From positions 3,730,505 to 3,794,504 of the forward strand of contig OZ199838.1 of NCBI GenBank assembly GCA_964304625.1: a stretch of DNA of 64,000 nucleotides, read 5' to 3'. Below the pieces are notes generated by a model, which saw only the letters and a program-made list of their open reading frames with translations, searched no databases and was not told the DNA's origin. This document shows positions 38,009 to 52,971 of the stretch, piece by piece; positions within the stretch are counted from its first letter, which is position 1, and each line of letters opens with the position of its first letter. This DNA comes from Kudoa neothunni. Its lineage: Eukaryota; Animalia; Cnidaria. Position numbers and translations under genes: made by a program.

Positions 38009-40250
38009 TTGTGTTTCTCTAAGTTCGTTTTATTTTTTCATGAGCCCAATCTGATAGATTGCATTTATTTTTGAAATATAACACCATTATATTATAAAAA
38101 TATTTATTTTTCTCGAATGCTTCATTTTTTATGTGAAATTAATCTCAGAAATTTAATGTTCTCTCCAAAAGCTCAGTCAACGTAGCTTTAGATATCAATA
38201 AAACATTGATTTATTCTCTTCTTATTGATCTTTGAAACATAAAAGAATTAGATCAATGTTAACTCATATATTGTTTGCTTATCAGGAATATTTTTATAAC
38301 ATTTATATCCATTATTGTGGAAAATATTACAAAGTTTAATAAATGGTCAATAGGAAAAAATTTTATTTGGCGCACACAGCATGATAATAAGATAAATATG
38401 GAAATGAGTTCAGTTCCGATCGCTCTTATAAAAACCATTTTAATAATCGCATGATTCAAACTAAAATCAATTATGAGATGGAGACAAAAGATAGAGTTCA
38501 ATCTATCCAAGGGATTATTTTTGGTTTTATACACCTAGAACAAATTTATAATATCATTAGAGAATTCTTTTATAAAAAATAGATTAATGAATGGTGGAAG
38601 ACATTAAAAACATTTTTTAATCCAAGCATCTATTCCAATACGATTAATCCTCCAATACCTGGAGGTAGCCACTTTGACTAATCAGCGCATATTATATCAA
38701 AAACTTTTACAAAATATTTTATTTCCTTTTTCCCCTACGTGTATTTTATATTATAATGGTGCTTTAAAAATACTTAAATAAGGAAATTTTACATTTAATG
38801 TTTTTAGCTTAAAATCAAAAAAAAGAAAAAAAGTTACACATATACCTGAACATGACCACAATTGCCACCATATAAATAATAACGTTTAAATATATAAAAA
38901 AGCTTTTCTGTAGTAAAATAAAAATTATAAATGAACTTTGAAGCAAGGAACTCTTTTAAATTCTTATTGTTGTTTCTTTAACTTCTTTATTCTGTTAATT
39001 AATTTAACCTGGCATGGAAATCTCTCATATTAGAATAGTTTTGTTAAATTACATATCTACAAAAATTAGTAAGCTAAACATAATTTTTTAAATTGAATTA
39101 AGACCATCTTATCATAACTCAAAATCCTTAGACTACATATATTTCTTATTCGTAAATAAATTTATAATGTCATATTTCAATTAATAAAGTATGAATTTGT
39201 AGAGTTAAAATATTTCTGTCTACACTGTATGAGGTTTCATAATTAACTCATGGATTTTGATAATAAAAAAATTCCCTAACTGTAAAAATAATATGAAAAT
39301 GTGAAAAATGAATCAATAATAAAACAGTTTATTTTTAATTTTCCATGCTAATCAAAGTATATACAGGCATAATTATTCCTGTTCTTCGCACCTGTGAAAA
39401 TAAGCGTCACAATAATTCATTATTGATTTTCTTTTAAATTTATTCCATTTTAAAATTGATAAAATAACGTAAACAATTATTTCCTAACCTTTATTGAAAC
39501 GATTTTTATTATTTTAATAGATTTTTGCGTGTGGTCACCGGAGCCACCTTAAGGTATTCGTGTAAATTTTTGCCTCAGGTGTTCGAGGGTTAATACAAAA
39601 ATTTTAGTTGCATATAAGACGCCTAATTTAAAAACCATAAAGTAAAATTCTTAATATGAAGAGTAAAGAGACAGCGATTATAAAGAATGCTGAAACAGTG
39701 AAACTAAAATTATAAAGCAAGTGCCGATGAAATTTCACGATGATTTCTCCTCTAATTCAGCAATAACATAAATTAAAAAAATGATGTTAACTATTACTGC
39801 GGATCCGTATAATCCACATGTGCGGGTTGTCTATTGCTATGGGAGGGAATAAATCCAAATCTAAAAACCCGCTCAAAATTTTAAATTCAATTTTTTAATT
39901 AATGATTTTTTGCCTAACATAACTAATATTCTTAAAGAAAAGTACATCTGTGAAAAATAGAACATTATTGTAAGGGGTTTTGGGTTAAAAATAGTCTTAA
40001 TTCACTTTTTAACGTTTCATAAAATTAATAAACAAAAATGTTTCTCTAAAAATAGATAACGACGAAAATACTCAAAGGAAATAAACAATTTTCGCTTCTC
40101 TTAGTATGACCATGCGTCAAGAAACATTTTTAATTTTATGGTAATTGTTCATATACTTTGTGTGGGAAACACACTTACATAATTTAGAAATTTAGAACAG
40201 TCAGGAAATGAATTATTATTTTTTGAAAATTCTTAGAGAAAAACTATTAA

Positions 40251-41424
40251 CCCTCCAAGGATTCTGGGGTAAAATTCATCCCAAACAAGTTTTAATCCTA
40301 TCATATATTCTATCATGGTTTTTTAATACGTATGAAATTATCGCTATATCTATAAATTTATTTCTAGTAAAATATGTGAGTGTTTGGTTTTTAAAAAAAT
40401 ATAGGAAGTCATTAAAAATTAAAAAACACCCTCCAAGGATTTTGGAGCGAAATTCACCCCGGCATAATTTTTACTTAATTATTCATCCAAAAAATGTGTT
40501 AATTGTTAAAAGTGAAATCTATATTAACCCATTATGTTAAGAAATAAATTAAGTTAGAAGTAAATATAAAAGATATAGCAGTTACATTGTTTACTTAGAT
40601 GCGTTACCGAAGAATTCGTGACTTATGCCGTATAAAGTTTTCTGATGATTAGTAATGACACTTTTTCTCTGAATTTAATGTGTCAAACCATATAATGTTG
40701 TAGAAATGGATTTATTACAATTATTTGTTTAAATTTGCTTAAAAAACTCTGGGGTGAATTTCATCCCAAAATCTTTGAAGGTAATTCGTTTTTTGATACC
40801 TTAAGAGCAAGGATTCTCAACCGTTTTTTCAAATTTACCCCTTCAATCTGATGAAAAATCAAAATTTACCTCATAACTTGGAAGTCAAATTCATATTTAC
40901 CTTAAGGTTTTATATTAGTTTAGCTATAGCGGAGACTATTTTTTAATTCTAGTTCTAAAATTTACGTACGCTTGCATAATGACAACTTTAACCCCATGAA
41001 CTCTTACTCACAAGCTGTATTTGGATATAAGTTTTTAAATTTTGACAAATCAAATTTTTTCTTTCTCATCCCTTTGCTCTTAATGGCGAGAAATAATTAA
41101 AAACGGTCAAAACTAGTGACACTTGAATATTATTTACCATTAAAATAGTCATTTTAAGTAGTATTATTATTAAGTTACATTACTAAAAGATAAACCTAGC
41201 GTAAAACAAAGAGACTGATAATAGTTTTAGAAATAGCTATTAAAAAATTTTCCTAATAACATTTGAGGAATTTTTTGACTAATTCTTATTAAGTTTAATA
41301 GCCTGAATAATATAAATCCTTAGAAATCTTGAAGTACAGCACAACCCCATAATGCAAAAATTTCCCCTATCTAATTTAGATTTCGTCTAACTTACCACTT
41401 GTGGAGAACCCCTGCCTTAGACGG
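40251..41424. mobile_element. piggyBac-like MITE interrupted by a hAT-type MITE (~40808-41414)
   Basis: TTAA|ccctccaagg with repeated ggggtaaaattcatccc motifs. The inner element runs caaggattctcaac...gtggagaacccctg and is related to a fragment at about 34499-34790. The outer end is gg|TTAA. Confidence 0.55.
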
Positions 41425-41641
41425 TTAAGAGCATGAGTTAACAATATTGTATTAGACTGATTACGAAGCAACTTTTGTGCTCAAAGAAACCTTTATTATA
41501 TAAATTAATAGTTGGTATTTTAAAAATATGAAATAATATTTTTTGTGGGTTTTATCTATCTAAATAAAAATGATGGTTGTTAGCCTAGATCCTTTAGGCC
41601 GACTTGTTCCTTTAATTTTCGTTGGAAATAATAAGCAAAAA

Positions 41642-42371
41642 CAATAGGTAACCGATTTTCCGTAGTGACCAATTTTCGATAACCTCTGAAATTCTTCCTT
41701 AAAATATTATTTTAATATTTTAAACTATGTATTTTATTCGTAGATTTTAATAATAATTTACACAAATTATAAAAATTGAATATTGGACGTTGGTTTTTCC
41801 TATTATTAGCGCTTAACCGGTTTTCTGTAACTTTTAAACTCTAGGCGGATTTAGTGGTGTGCCTTTTTTTACATTTATAATGTCTGAAAAAGTTAAAAAT
41901 AAGGAAATAATAAAAATAAAATATTAATTTATTGATTATTTTTAAAGTATACTAAACAGGCGTGCAATAATACTTCTTTTCGTAAATTTAAGCTCCCTTC
42001 TATTTCTATTCTAGATACCATCTTGATTAGGAAGAAAGACATAGTTTTATCCCATAAACTGGTCCTTCTTCTTGAGAGAAAAAAAATTGAAACAATGTTC
42101 AAATCACGACATTGATACTTTAGTATACGATTGGGTGAATTATTCGAGAGAAAAAAATTGGACTATCTACTCATGACGTCGTACATAAAAGAAACCAGTT
42201 GACAAAAGAATTGAACCTAAGCGCAGTAATGACCATGAATGATTTCTTGGTCTCTGATCCTGATGGAATTTAAAAATAGTACTGCCTATGGTGATGCTGC
42301 TTATGTTTACTAGAGTTTTGTAGAAAATTGGTAATCTAAATTGAATGATTAAGTCAAAGGTAACAACGATG
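41642..42371 (+). mobile_element. 5' fragment of a pogo/Tigger-like element, same family as 50893-52662 and inverted relative to it
   Basis: Long collinear reverse-complement similarity to about 51997-52662, starting at the TIR caataggtaaccgattttccgtag. Confidence 0.88.
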
Positions 42372-42388
42372 CTTAATTATTCGTTTAA

Positions 42389-45300
42389 CCTTCCAAGCAT
42401 GTTAAAAACAACTATACACCGCCATACACCAAACAGTATTGGGGCCCAGGAGAGCCCAGATTTTTATTGTTTATTTTGATACACAATATAATGATATCCT
42501 TTTAAAAAGTTTTTTACCCGAGCGATAACAAAGTAATCATAATTTACTTGTATGGCAATGGTAGTCGATTTCTTCGGAACACTTAGTTATTAATTTTACA
42601 TGTTTAAGTATTAATGAAATTATATTTTAATATACCATATGATCTCTTCACAGCATTATCTACATACTAACGGGATAATAGAATTTGTCAAAATTCTAAT
42701 AATATCTGAAAATACCTATGTTCACTTGTAAGAACATAATCCTGACTTTACCGATTCATAGAATTTTTTAATACAATTTTTTGAAATGATATAAAGTACA
42801 ATATTACCTAACTGATATTCATAAAAAGGTCAGGCACATCTACCATTTTGAGCTCACATAGAAGCCAATCATTCATAATAAAATATGGATTAATAATTAA
42901 TAATCAAACGATTAATATATTACTTAATTAAGCCAAAATGTCTCAAAATCAATAATTAAAAATATATGTAACTAAATAAATTTTACTGGTCATTTTTTGT
43001 TTCCGTTTGTAAAAATTAATTCTCGAATGTTTCTTTCAACAATGTTTGGAGCAATTATAACATTTGTTCTTTATTTTTATATCAGAAAATCGTGCGAAGA
43101 AAAAACACCTTCTTCGCCATGGATGGGATACTATCTACCATATCCACACACTCTTAGGTTTGTTATAATCGACAATAACTTAGGAATTTTTTGTCTAATC
43201 ATGGCATAAATTAACATTGTTTGAGGCAGGGGTTGGCAAAAATTAGTTGCAATTAATTGCAATCATTACACTTACAACAAAATGTTTATTTAATATTTAA
43301 AAATCCTTAATCGTCGATTCAATCTTCTTTTTATATTAAAGTTTAACTGTTACAGCATATTTTTTAAATTTGAACATAACGTCTCATTTTTGACGTATAA
43401 CAAGAGAATTCTTCAATGAAACCATTAAATGAAGGTAAAATTTTAATATATCTATTTATTCAACAATGAGAAAAGATCGAGAACCCGCGCCCGCGTTACA
43501 AGGTTATGTTTTTACACTACCAACGAAAAAATTTTGAGCAGTTTTTGATCTCCATCGAGCTATATAATAATTGGAAATTCTTAGTTTTTTTCCTATCGAA
43601 ATAGGTTGGAAGCACGTTTAACTTAATTACGTTCGCTTGCACTTCAAATTTTATTCACTTCATGCATATTCGACATATTATTGCTTATTTATCCATTAAT
43701 AATATTCTTAACACCATATTAATGCTAATATAAGAATTAAAACATAAAAATTAGTCGACAGAAATAAGAATTTTGCTCTTATAAAACATGATTTTGTACT
43801 TTATTGTTCGAAGTCTTTCCGCAATTAATTAAATAATAATAACAAAATATTGGTTCTAAAATTTCAGCTTAAAAAATTGATAAATTCCTATTTTTTCGAC
43901 ATCGTGCTCACGCGTAATTTGCTCTTTGTTTACGAAAACATGAAAATTGCCTTATTATTTGCATATTTTTGCACATCACTTCCTTAAAATAATTTTTTAA
44001 CTAAGAAATCAACATATTAACTACTAATGTACTCTGTTAACCGGAAGTTATACCAAAATGAAGTTTTTAAGCTTAAAAGACAGTTACAACTTTTTTGGTT
44101 ATTAATGATAACGATATTTTCTTGATAGTTTATTTAAAACAGTTATCTCAGAAATTATCCAATTCAACCAAAAAATTGCAAATATATCATTTCCTATATC
44201 CTAATAAAGCAAAAATTTTTTTTACTAGTTTATTCTCTCTTATATATTCGTTTAAACAGAGCTTTATGTAAAAGACAAATTTCGGCAATGTAAACTCACA
44301 AACCTCTGAAAAAGATTTGTAGCGATTTGATCAATATCTTGAGGTTCCTGACAAAAAAATTATATTTTCACAAGTTCAGATATTAATAATTAACATAAAC
44401 GTTTATTTTAATTCTGGCCTATTTATATTTATTCAAATTGATTAGTTAAATAAAATAATTTAAAATATACAAAATATCCATCATGTATTATTTAAAATAT
44501 CTCGAAAATACACTTTTTAAGATTTCGATGATTATTATAATTAATGCTTTGTATCCTGACTAAATTAATATTGCATCATTTTTTGGGATAAAATAAATAA
44601 TTATAAAACTTCATGGTTGAAAATTAAACAATATTAAATTTTTGTATGTTAAAATTTTATCTGTTCTAAAAAAACATAGTACAAAAATTTGTAAACTAAT
44701 ATACTTATTTTAATATCACAATCAATAGTAATATTTATATTTCATCTTTTAACTTATGAATAAATTGATTTTTTGGTCGAAAAATTTAATGACATTAAAT
44801 AGTATACTTAAACTTAGTTGTTGGTTGAATAACTTCATATAAGTAATAATATAAATCGATTTAAGTGATAGACGCGCTAAAATATGCAGAGAATAAGGAA
44901 TTTTGTAGAAAATGAATTCACTCGTTTGTATTTCAACCTAGAGACAATTTTCATACAAAACGTTTAAAAAATATATCGAATTGGTTAAAAAAGAAGTCGA
45001 AATAAAATAAAAGATTTGTTTCCCTCCAAATTTTCCCTTATCTTAGATGGGTGGACAGAAAATTCCGCTCATTACATCGGCATTTTTGCTACTTTTAACT
45101 CATCAAATTCGAACGGCTATGAAATATTTCTTTTAACATTTTCTCCATTGTTGACAGAGACAACATTTACAACAAGTGATTATTATGATATAAAATTTGT
45201 TTTGAGTATATATGGGAAATCTTTTTCCAATATAATATCAATAAGTGGAGACAATGCTGAAGTTAATAAAGCTTTAGCGAATCTATGTCAAGACCCGTTA

Positions 45301-48300
45301 GTTGGACGTGCTTCGCATCGCTTAAAATTTGGCCGTCTTGAAATTCTTAAAAACCCACGAAAACTTAATTCAAAGAGTGCATAATTTAATGGGAGAGTTA
45401 AAGAATTTAAAAAATTGGGGATTGTTGAGAACTTTTACTAACCTAAGGCCGAAACAAAAAAAATGAGACCAGATGGTCAAGTCCTTTTGAAATGTTTGAA
45501 AGGTACGAAAAGTTAAAAGTTTTTTTTCTGACCCTGCATTCATCAATGGAAAAAGCTTGGTGGATCATCTGCTATCACCAAGAGAAAATATGGATATATT
45601 TGAATTAATAATTCATCTGAAAAAGTTTAGCACGGTTTCAATGATCCTTCAAAAAGAAAGTGTTACATTGGCTGAAACGCGATATTTGTTTGGTGAACTT
45701 ATTCTCATATGCTCCTGCTTGGATGAATCACTTGGTACCAACGCCAAAATAATTCACTCTCCCACTTTTGAAAAATCGATATATAAAATTCAAGAGGGAA
45801 GGTTGGATGAGATGACTTATGAGGAACAAAGTGCCGTTTGGGATTTGAAGATAAATACATCCAGTCACACGGAAAAAATTGAATCTTCAACTACATGTGA
45901 TGATTTTGCACTTGATGCATTAAGAAAGAGAAAGATGGAGAAAAAATATATTCCCACCTGCTATATGGATATTAGGTTCTTCCTTCCAACCTTTAATATT
46001 GTTGAGCGCCTTTTCAGCAGTGCTGGTTACGCCTCTAACAACTTTAGACAAAGTTTATTACCTTCAAATTTAGAAATGCAAATTTCTTTGAAGGCAAACC
46101 ATAAACTGTGGGACTACAAACTTGCTTCTTCGAACTCAGGTGTATAATTTTAATTTTATTTTCGATTTGTCACTGTGAACTTTTTAGATTCCTCTCTAAG
46201 CCCAGACATCATGCTTAGAAAGAACAACTAAAATAAAATAACCACAAGACTAATAATAATAATATAAACAGTAATATACTGTGCTTATGAATATGCTATA
46301 GTTAATTCGGCTAATTTTAGAAGAACGAACAAATTACTACTCTCCTAACAGCCATAATATAAACTCTAATTTTAATTTTTTTTATTAGTTGTTTTTTGCG
46401 TTTGTCCTCTTTTATTTTTTTCTTTATAAATAACAATAAATTAATATATCCTTTTATTAATGCGAGTCTATCTCAGAGATTCTTTTATTATATTTAGATA
46501 GATAGCTAAATCGCAGTTATACTATTCATAATTCATATGCTGTTATAATATAGTGATAAAAGAAATATTTTGATATTGGGATTAAAAATTTTTAAATCCT
46601 TTTAAAATAAGATTTTAAAGCGTATAAGTAATTAACTTATTTTTTATGATAATTTTTTAAATTAATTCTCACATCTATTTATAATTTATTTGGGTTTTTC
46701 ATTACTGTTTAGTGGCGCTTAAAAATTTATTATTAATAGGAAAAATTATTAAATTAAAATTTATTAAAATAATAAGGTTAAATTTGTTAACATTAAATTA
46801 TTTTGTTAGTAGATCATTAAAAATTTTATTAGATAAATTTCAATTAATTGAAATAATTGATTTGTTTTCTAAAAATCAATTATTTCCAGGCCCTGGTTTG
46901 AGTTTGAGGACGTCGCCAATAAAATGACCCGCGTTGTCCTTTTTAGGATAATCGAACTAAAAAACTCCCTCTATTCCTTGGTTTTAATAATTAATGAGAT
47001 ATCCCATTTATTATGCCGGGTAGTCTCCAGACGGGTAAAAACTAGGTTGAGAAGTATGTTTGCCAAAGGAATCGAAGTGAAAATTTATCGGAAAAAATGT
47101 TTTTACTGGCCTTTTCAAATTCGACGAGAACTCTAAAACAACCTTTTCATCAGCACATTTAGTAATCTGTTCATTGTTTCCTCTAAGATAAACGAAAATA
47201 TTACGTGTAAAATTATTATGAGGGTCAGTTAGAAGAAAAAATTTAATAACATAAACCGCAAGTTTGGAGGTAACATACTACGTAAAGAAAACCCGACTCT
47301 CAATAGAAATAAATGTTCATCAACAATAAGATCAGCAGTGGGAATTAGCCACATCGATAAAATATTTTTCAACCTGTTGAAAGCATCGGTTACCGGGAAA
47401 AACTTATCGACTTCTCACCGTAAACTCTTGTCTCACAGTCATCAAAGTGTACATTTTTGTTTATTTGGATGAATCTATAAAGCGGCATGATTCTACGAAG
47501 GTTATCACGTCCTTTATTCAAGCTCCCTTGTTACTTAAGAAGCTTCATTTCAGACTTAAAGATAGGCTTATATACAAGAATTCCCACATATACTTTAAAT
47601 TGCGTTATATACAGATTTTTCCATTTGCATCTGCAATGAAAAGCACCAAATTTATTGGTGTGAGTAATGGCAGAATTGAAAAATGCATCATCAAAAAAAT
47701 AGAAGACATGTCCTGTAAATTGCAAATTCGTAATGCTACAAATGCGGTCAGACCTAGAAGTTTGTTTAAGTTGTTTTCTTTCTCTGTTTTTGTATTTGAA
47801 GATACAACTGAAGACCGTAACACATTGTTTTTGTCCCTATACGTGTTAATGATGCCACATTCATTTGAACCATCAAAACGAGATTAAGAGAAAAAATTCT
47901 TCAATAATATCTTCAATTTCACTGCAATCAGAACCATAACTTGTTAGAAACCATCAATATATGACTTCTCTATTTCTAACGACCGGTGACATTCAGTATC
48001 GCTCGTTCGGCATCGGAAACATAAACCTTAATTTTTCTCAATACTTAATGGTTGTAATATTTCAAAATTTAAATATTTTATTTTATATAATTTTGTAAAA
48101 GTTTCTGTGAAATAAAAACGTGGGGAAATCTTGGACTCCAAAACTGCTTGGTGTAAGTATTTGATATAAAATCCTAGAAAACAAATAATTCTTAATTTTT
48201 AAATTAATTTATGAATATTTTGCAACTTTTAAAAGTGCAATGATTGGATCCAGTCAATTTAACGTTTTCATTCATCAGTGAATTGTGATTAAAGTCAGCA

Positions 48301-48334
48301 TGTGGTCTATTAGGCCCCAAAAATGCTTGGAGCG
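42389..48334 (-). mobile_element. Decayed piggyBac carrying a nested hAT
   Basis: TTAA|ccttccaagcat ... atgcttggagcg|TTAA. Transposase remnants on both sides of the hAT read RVILLATSS | VIVDYNKPKS. Confidence 0.7.
43227..46895 (+). mobile_element. hAT element; transposase pseudogene ~44900-46147
   Basis: CAGGG...CCCTG termini, subterminal caattaattg repeats, and TSD gtttgagg / gtttgagt. Motifs FSLILDGWT, ISGDNAEVNKALA, PLVGRASHRL, ETRWSS and PTFNIVERLFSSAG...LEMQISLKANHKLWD. Confidence 0.9.
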
Positions 48335-49447
48335 TTAAATGGGGAAACATTCTAAAATTTCTTTCAAGGAGCTTTCAATATCTACTTTAATTTTTTCATA
48401 CAAAATGCATGCATAAGCTATGTGAACTTCTCAAATAAAATCGATAGCATACATCGTGAACTCAAAAGTTTATATATTGTATCCATTAACATTAATTTTC
48501 AGTAAAATTGAAGAGTTCGTTGCCTTATTTAATCAACAAAGAATACTTCATTAATAGTATTATTGTTATTTTATATAATTTTGACATCAAAATTAAGATT
48601 GTAAGTTTACATATTAATAGCCGTTAATACATCTTTATTGGTCATTCCCCTTGTTTTCAAATCGTGTGAGGATTTAATTGTTAATTTTTACGTGTTACAT
48701 AACATAACATTTTTGTATATTCTTTTGATTTACCCTAAATGATATTAATTAAAAAATATGATCATACGAGAAATAGATTTTTCGTCAATCAGGAAGAAAT
48801 TTGTATATCGAAGTATTACAAGGATGATTATGTATCTCATTTAAGGATTTAATTTCAAAAAATTTTTCGTATCACCATTAACTCAAAAAGTAATATTAGA
48901 AAGGCAATTATCTTTGCATATTGACGATTTTTGTCCCTCTTCAGATGTCTTTTGTTAAAGAGGTTCAACAAGAATACAATCGTTATTTCGCAATATATTA
49001 AAGCTCCATTAAAAATTTCAACATTCTAGGTTGAGTATTTTGCATTTTTCGCGATTCATTCATTTTTAATTTTAAGAAAAAAAGATGTTCATAACTATTA
49101 ATACGACTTTTTATTGAGTTATATATGTGAATTTCCAATTCAGGTTAATGTTCTATCATGCAAGTGATGATACAATGACATCTTAGACTCTAACACAGGT
49201 TACTGTATCATTAAATACAACACGCACTTCATTCTATCGTGGGCATTAATTCCAGATAACGTATCTGAGTAAAGTACAGTTTTTTTTGTAAATTTATATG
49301 TTAATCCAACTGACAATATATCTATCTTTGTGGCAATAACATATAATAAGACAGAATTATGCTCACCGGTATTTGAATGCAAACAGTCAACTTTTATATT
49401 GATTTTAAAAATAAAGTTAAAGATTCATATAAAAATATTTACTCTAA

Positions 49448-50640
49448 TCCTCTAAAGACTTTGGGATCTTTTATACCCCAAAACTATAACTAATTTATTC
49501 AGTATTATATACATAATAATCAGAAATTCGTAAAATTCTATCTAATCCCTTAACTTTTAATAATGATCATTCTTTGAAAATCTAAAGCCGAGCGAATAAA
49601 AATTAGGCGTAGAACAAAAATTATCCTCTAAGGATTTTTGGGACCTTTTGGACCCCACGACGGTTTTTTTTAATATGCTTTAAAAATAAATAAAAATGTA
49701 GCTATACAAATATTATTCATTTTAGTCACATATAAATTTAGGTCTATATTATGAACTTTATTAATTAACGTTTATTTTTCGTAAGGTTTTTAATTATTCA
49801 CAAGTGACAGTTAATTAAAATAGATATGGTAAACTTTCATTTACCACAAAAAATAAATTAATATAATTATAAAAGGTAAAAATAATCTATTTGAATATAG
49901 TTAATAATAAAATTTAGACCTTTGAAAGGAAATCTTCCAAATAATTGATTATTTATTCATAAATTATGTTTGTGAAAAAGATGAAAACCAATCTAACATG
50001 CTTTTAACGTTCTGAGTAGAATAGAAAATAGGGCCATGCGAGGTTTTTATGATATTTTCTGCACTGATTCTTGATGTTATCAGTTTACTAAAACTCCACA
50101 TAATACCATTTTAACTGATTATGCAGTCTTCAGTATTACCACATTCCACCAATTCAATCGATGTTTCGGATGATTCCTTATAGTTTTCTTCAAATTCACT
50201 TCGAAAACATTTAAATTCATCAATACATTCGTCAGTTTCACTCTTTTTTGTACAGGAAAACTGGGGTCGCCTGTCATTATTTGAGCAGTGTAACAAGATG
50301 CTCCTGAACAATAATATAGAATATTAAATTGGATATTATCAATAAAAAATATTAATAATTAAGTTAATTCACTTGAATTCTTTATTCCTATAAATTTGAG
50401 ATTGTTCAAGAACGGTTTTATATAACGATTAATTGTGATTCAACTCGACACCGATGAGATGATAACGGAATAATTACACAAATGTTTGGCTTTATTCTTC
50501 AAATTTAGTCGACAGAAATATTTTAAACTGAATAAAATAATATATCTATATTTATTAAGTATATTCATCAACTAAAAAAATGGGGTCATTTGGACCCCAA
50601 AAGTCCTTTGAGGGTGGCTGTTTTTTCTGACCTTAAATGG
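49448..50640. mobile_element. piggyBac-like MITE
   Basis: Repeated cctctaa(a/g)ga...ggga...acccc motifs on the left with an inverted ggggtcatttggacccc...gtcctttgaggg copy on the right; ends gg|TTAA. Confidence 0.5.
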
Positions 50641-50680
50641 TTAAAGACTTATTAAACCCATTACATAGAATGCTCTAACC

Positions 50681-52971
50681 AAGTTATTTCCAACTGGCAT
50701 TCGATAGAACCTTAGGTGTTCGAAAAGTCAGCGCTAGGAGTTCGAAAATTAAATCAAGAATCCATAAAATAGCTTCCGAAAAACTCCACCAGAAATCTCA
50801 TTGGTTATATATATTATTTGTTGTTTAATGATTGAAAAGATAGAAAATGAATATGTGGAATTTTTTCTTAGTGCTTTAAAAATATATATATACAGTGGGT
50901 AATCGATTTTCTGTAATCCCCTCGGGACCATGGATAAGTTACGGAAAATACGTCACTGACGCATTTTCAGTAACATTCAGCGTACGAAAAAATAAAAAAA
51001 TATACCTATTTAAAGAAATTAATTCAATTTATCCATTTATCTCCTTTTATTGAAACAATATATTATTTTATGTTGTTTGTAATTATATTTTTAAATGTGT
51101 ACGTCTTAATTTTATGATGTTAATTCATTATTTCATCCAGATAATCAATTCCTCTCTGTCGTGTATTTCTTCTGCATGTTTAAACATTTAAATGAATCTT
51201 TTGATGATATAACTTATACTACTCGTTCATCTTCAGTTTCAAAATTAGCAGATTCAACAATCAAAGGAGTCAGCTCGCCAAAGTGTTGTGATGTAGGAAT
51301 ATTGACTTCCTCTTGAATAATACATGAATTTCCCCGCTGAGAATTCTTTATTACTAAAATTAATATTTGATGAAAGCTCGCATTCATTGGCAGAAGGAAA
51401 CCCATATTTTCTGAAACGATTAAACGCAATATCCTTTGAAACACCGTCCCATGATTTTTTAATTAGGAACAATGTTTTAAGCGAATCTTCGGAGGATGTA
51501 TTTATATCACTGCTAACTGCAGCAATATGGCTTTCTATTAAATTATTTTTATAATTTTATTTTAACAAGAAAATGATTCCATGATATAATAATTGAAAAA
51601 CGTTAGTTGAATTTTCTGTAAGGAACATAAGAGAGATATTAGACAAATGAATATCGGTGTGGCAGATGGCGTTATTAAGAAGTAGTAAATTTTCTTGTAT
51701 TTCGTTTTGAAGACATTGTGAAAATTAGAAAAATATTTGTTAAATGCTTCCCTAGTCATCCATTCTTTCCTGTTTGTTTTGTATTTACTATAAATGTTTT
51801 AGCATTTTTAAAACAACATGGTTTTTGTGATTTCCAATCACAAGTGATTCAATACAACCTCCAGGCATAGATGCACGTCGCAAAACAGTAACTATTTTTT
51901 CTATTATTTTCTCTCGACAAAACAGAGCATTTAAAATAATGGACCTTTATGTTGTTATAAAAATAATGTACATTCGTCAAGATTATAGATACAATCATCG
52001 TTGTTACCTTTTGACTTAGTCATTCAATTTAGATCACCAATTTTCTACAAAACTTTAGTCAACATAAGCAGCATCACCATTTGCAGTGATATTTTCAAAT
52101 TCCATCGTGATTTACAGACAATAAATCAAACATGGGTCATTACTACGCTTAGATTCAATTCATTTGTCAATTGGTTTCTTTCGTGTACGACGTCATGAGC
52201 AGAAAATTCAATTTTTTTCTCTCAAGAAGAAGGGCCAGTTTATAAGATAAAGCTATATCTTTCTTCCTAATCAAGATGGTATCTAGAGTAGAAATAGATA
52301 GGAGATTAAATTTACTAAAAGTAGTATTATTGCACGTCTGTTTAGTATACTTTAAGAAAAATCAATAAATTTATATTTTATTTTTATTATTTCCTTATTT
52401 TTAACTTTTTCAGACATTATTAATGTAAAAAAAGGCACACCACTAAATCCGCCTAGAGTTTAAAGTTACGGAAAACCGGTTAAGCGCTAATAATAGGAAA
52501 AAACAACTTTCCAATGTTCAATATTCAAAGTGTCGTGTAAATTATTATTAAAACCTACAAATAAAATAAATATATATAGTTTAAAATATTAAAATAATAT
52601 TTTAAGGAAGAATGTCTGAGATTATCGAAAATTGGTCACTACGGAAAATCGGTTACCTACTGTATACTGAATTCATAACACAATTCTCATATTAATTGAT
52701 AAGGGTTCGATAGACCCATGAGTTGTTACCCAACGGATTTGTTGGTTGCATTCAAGAAATATGCACAGACCAAACACTCAAAGTTTCGATAGATAATAAT
52801 CTCTAGTCGTTACGTAATTATATAATTAATAATGTACTCTAGGACATCCCACAATGTTCTTATATTTTCGATAAGTTGACGTAATTGGTCCATTAAGGAT
52901 ATTGATCATCAAGACGTGACATGAGTGTGTCTACAAGGGTTCGAAGACGCCCAAAAGTTTGGGAACCACTT
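50681..52971. mobile_element. hAT (Charlie-like) MITE with a pogo element nested inside
   Basis: Ends aagttatttccaac / gtttgggaaccactt, 8-bp TSD ctctaacc / ctctaatc, and repeated gttcga subterminal motifs. Confidence 0.65.
50893..52662 (-). mobile_element. pogo/Tigger-like element with decayed DDE_1 (CENP-B-like) transposase
   Basis: TA|cagtgggtaatcgattttctgta ... tacggaaaatcggttacctactg|TA. Remnants YNLDECTLF, KPCCFK, NRKEWMTREAF and IKKSWDGVSKDIAFNRFRKYGF. Confidence 0.85.

Noticed and set aside
41642-52662. One giant ~11-kb transposon bounded by ~700-bp inverted repeats
   Set aside because: The right copy has its own second TIR and TA TSD at 50893, so it is a complete pogo-like element. 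The left copy is a diverged, truncated independent insertion.
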